Shown here one piece after another: positions 62,567 through 64,000 of a stretch of 64,000 bases of DNA (position 1 is the stretch's first letter; each line of letters opens with the position of its first letter). Position numbers and translations under genes: made by a program. Below the pieces are notes generated by a model, which was not told where the DNA came from, searched no databases, and saw only the letters and a list, made by a program, of their open reading frames with translations. The DNA comes from Felis catus (Eukaryota), in the NCBI RefSeq assembly GCF_018350175.1, contig NC_058368.1:224194001-224258000 (forward strand). The letters run 5' to 3'.

Positions 62567-62814
62567 TATACACTGTTAAATTCAGGGCTAGACTAGATTA
62601 GTGGTTTCCCCTTATATATGTTAGCAGTGTTAATATGTTAGTTTTTGTCACCATGACAATGCTTAAAAAAATACAAGTTTAAAGCTCCCCCACAAGCTCA
62701 GATACATTTACTAAGTATGTGGGATTTGGTCGGGTGATTTCATCTTGGCTTGTTCATTCATGTGCTGAAGGGTTGGCTGAGCTTGGACTGATACAGTGTT
62801 ATCTTGGCTGGTAT

Positions 62815-63335
62815 TTAATCCACCTCCATATTCAGATTTTGTCAACTGTTCCAAAAGTATCCTTGTAGCTATTTACTTTTCCCAAGTTAAGTATTCGTTG
62901 GGGTCATGCATTGTATGTAGTTGGCATATCTCTGTAGTATTCTTTAATTTGCAAAGCTTTCTCAACTTTGCTTTTCTTCCCTTTGACATTTTTAGCACCA
63001 GCGTGTGGAGGAGTACGGACATCATTCTGCAGAATATGTCTAAATATTTGAGTTTTTTAAAAATTTATTTTAGCCATGAGCAGATTTAGCTTCTGCAACT
63101 TTGACAGGAACACCCCAGGAATTATGTTTTCCTTTTGGTGCATTACAACAGGGGGTGCATGATACCACTCCATGCCAACAATGGAGGTGACCGTGCTGAT
63201 TACTGACATACAGTGTGTGCACCAGTAAATCTCTCTCCAAGTAAATCTACTCTTCTGCCCTGTGTCATTAACTAGTGAGTTGTAGGGAAATGCTTTGAGA
63301 TCATGTAAATAATTTATTCCATTGGAACTCTTTTC
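62815..63335 (-). mobile_element. Ancient L1M (L1MC/ME-like) 3' fragment
   Basis: ATTCAGATTTTGTCAACTGTTCCAA, CATGCATTGTATGTAGTTG, TTTGACAGGAACACC, TGTAGGGAAATGCTTTGAGATCATGTAAAT. Confidence 0.6.
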
Positions 63336-63489
63336 AAACCAAAGGTATCAAACAAATCTGTCCAAAGACATAAAGACTGAGAAAAAAACAAATAGTGGGT
63401 CTAATATTGAAGATGTTGCTCTAGGTAATAGAAGCAGATGTTACTGCGAATTGTTAAAAGCCTAAGAAATTTTGTTGACGTTGTTAGTC

Positions 63490-63735
63490 CAAAGGTTGGA
63501 AGATTAGAATATTTATATCTTTGTTCACACACCAAACTGGTTGAGAGGTACCCTCGATAGTGTTAATTTGGGGCAGGGGCTCCTGTGGCCTGAGCAAGTA
63601 CGGAGAAGACCCCGGAGCAGAAAGAAAGAAAACTGAGGCGGGTATGTAAGCATGATGCTGACCGCATATCCAGATGCAGCTGAACTCAGCCGTGGGCCAA
63701 GGAGACAAGACACATGAATCAAAAGCATCTGCCAC
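63490..63735 (-). mobile_element. Possible old ERVL LTR remnant (LTR16/LTR33-like)
   Basis: Ends AAAGCATCTGCCACA (minus strand TGTGGCAGATGCT), the typical start of LTR16/33 families; the rest is too diverged. Confidence 0.35.
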
Positions 63736-64000
63736 AAAGCTGGTTTGTTTGTTGTGGAAAACGACACCAGATCTCTCTCAGCATCATCCTATTTCTTAGG
63801 GACATCACAGCACTTTTTTACTGCATAGTTTTGGAAAAGTCAGAGATTAAGCTGTTTGACTAGAGTCCATGTAACTCATGGGAAAGGGAAGAAGTTCTTA
63901 TCACTTATTTTGAAGATCAGTGTTAGAGGAGACTTTTCATTTTCAGTTTATATCAAGATATAAAGGTATTGTCTGTGACTACCACACACACTGTGCACAT

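Overview
This 64 kb window is AT-rich mammalian DNA, almost certainly from a cat-family (Felidae) genome, judged by its 28 tRNA-derived Can-SINEs of the feline SINEC_Fc type and its feline/carnivore LINE-1 ends. I could not recognise any intact host protein-coding gene, RNA gene or CRISPR-like system. Nearly all ORFs in the supplied track are translations of SINEs, LINE-1 or microsatellites. The window reads as intergenic or deep intronic. It holds one full-length but inactivated LINE-1 (53768-61189, 13-bp TSD) that splits an ancient ERV-L pol remnant and itself carries a SINE. It also holds several truncated L1s, MaLR/ERV LTRs, a Tigger-type DNA transposon, and L2 and MIR relics. The most unusual structures are: (1) a ~710-bp imperfect palindrome at 44270-44983, built from direct and inverted copies of a 33-bp motif plus TATC/GATA microsatellites; (2) two SINEs inserted at the same site, giving a triplicated 16-bp target; (3) a strong CTCF-like motif and a 221-codon antisense ORF in the L1 5'UTR; (4) a speculative minus-strand spliced transcript (TATA, Inr and three exon candidates). 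Repeat family names come from my recollection of consensus sequences, not from a database search. I found no convincing new biological system.
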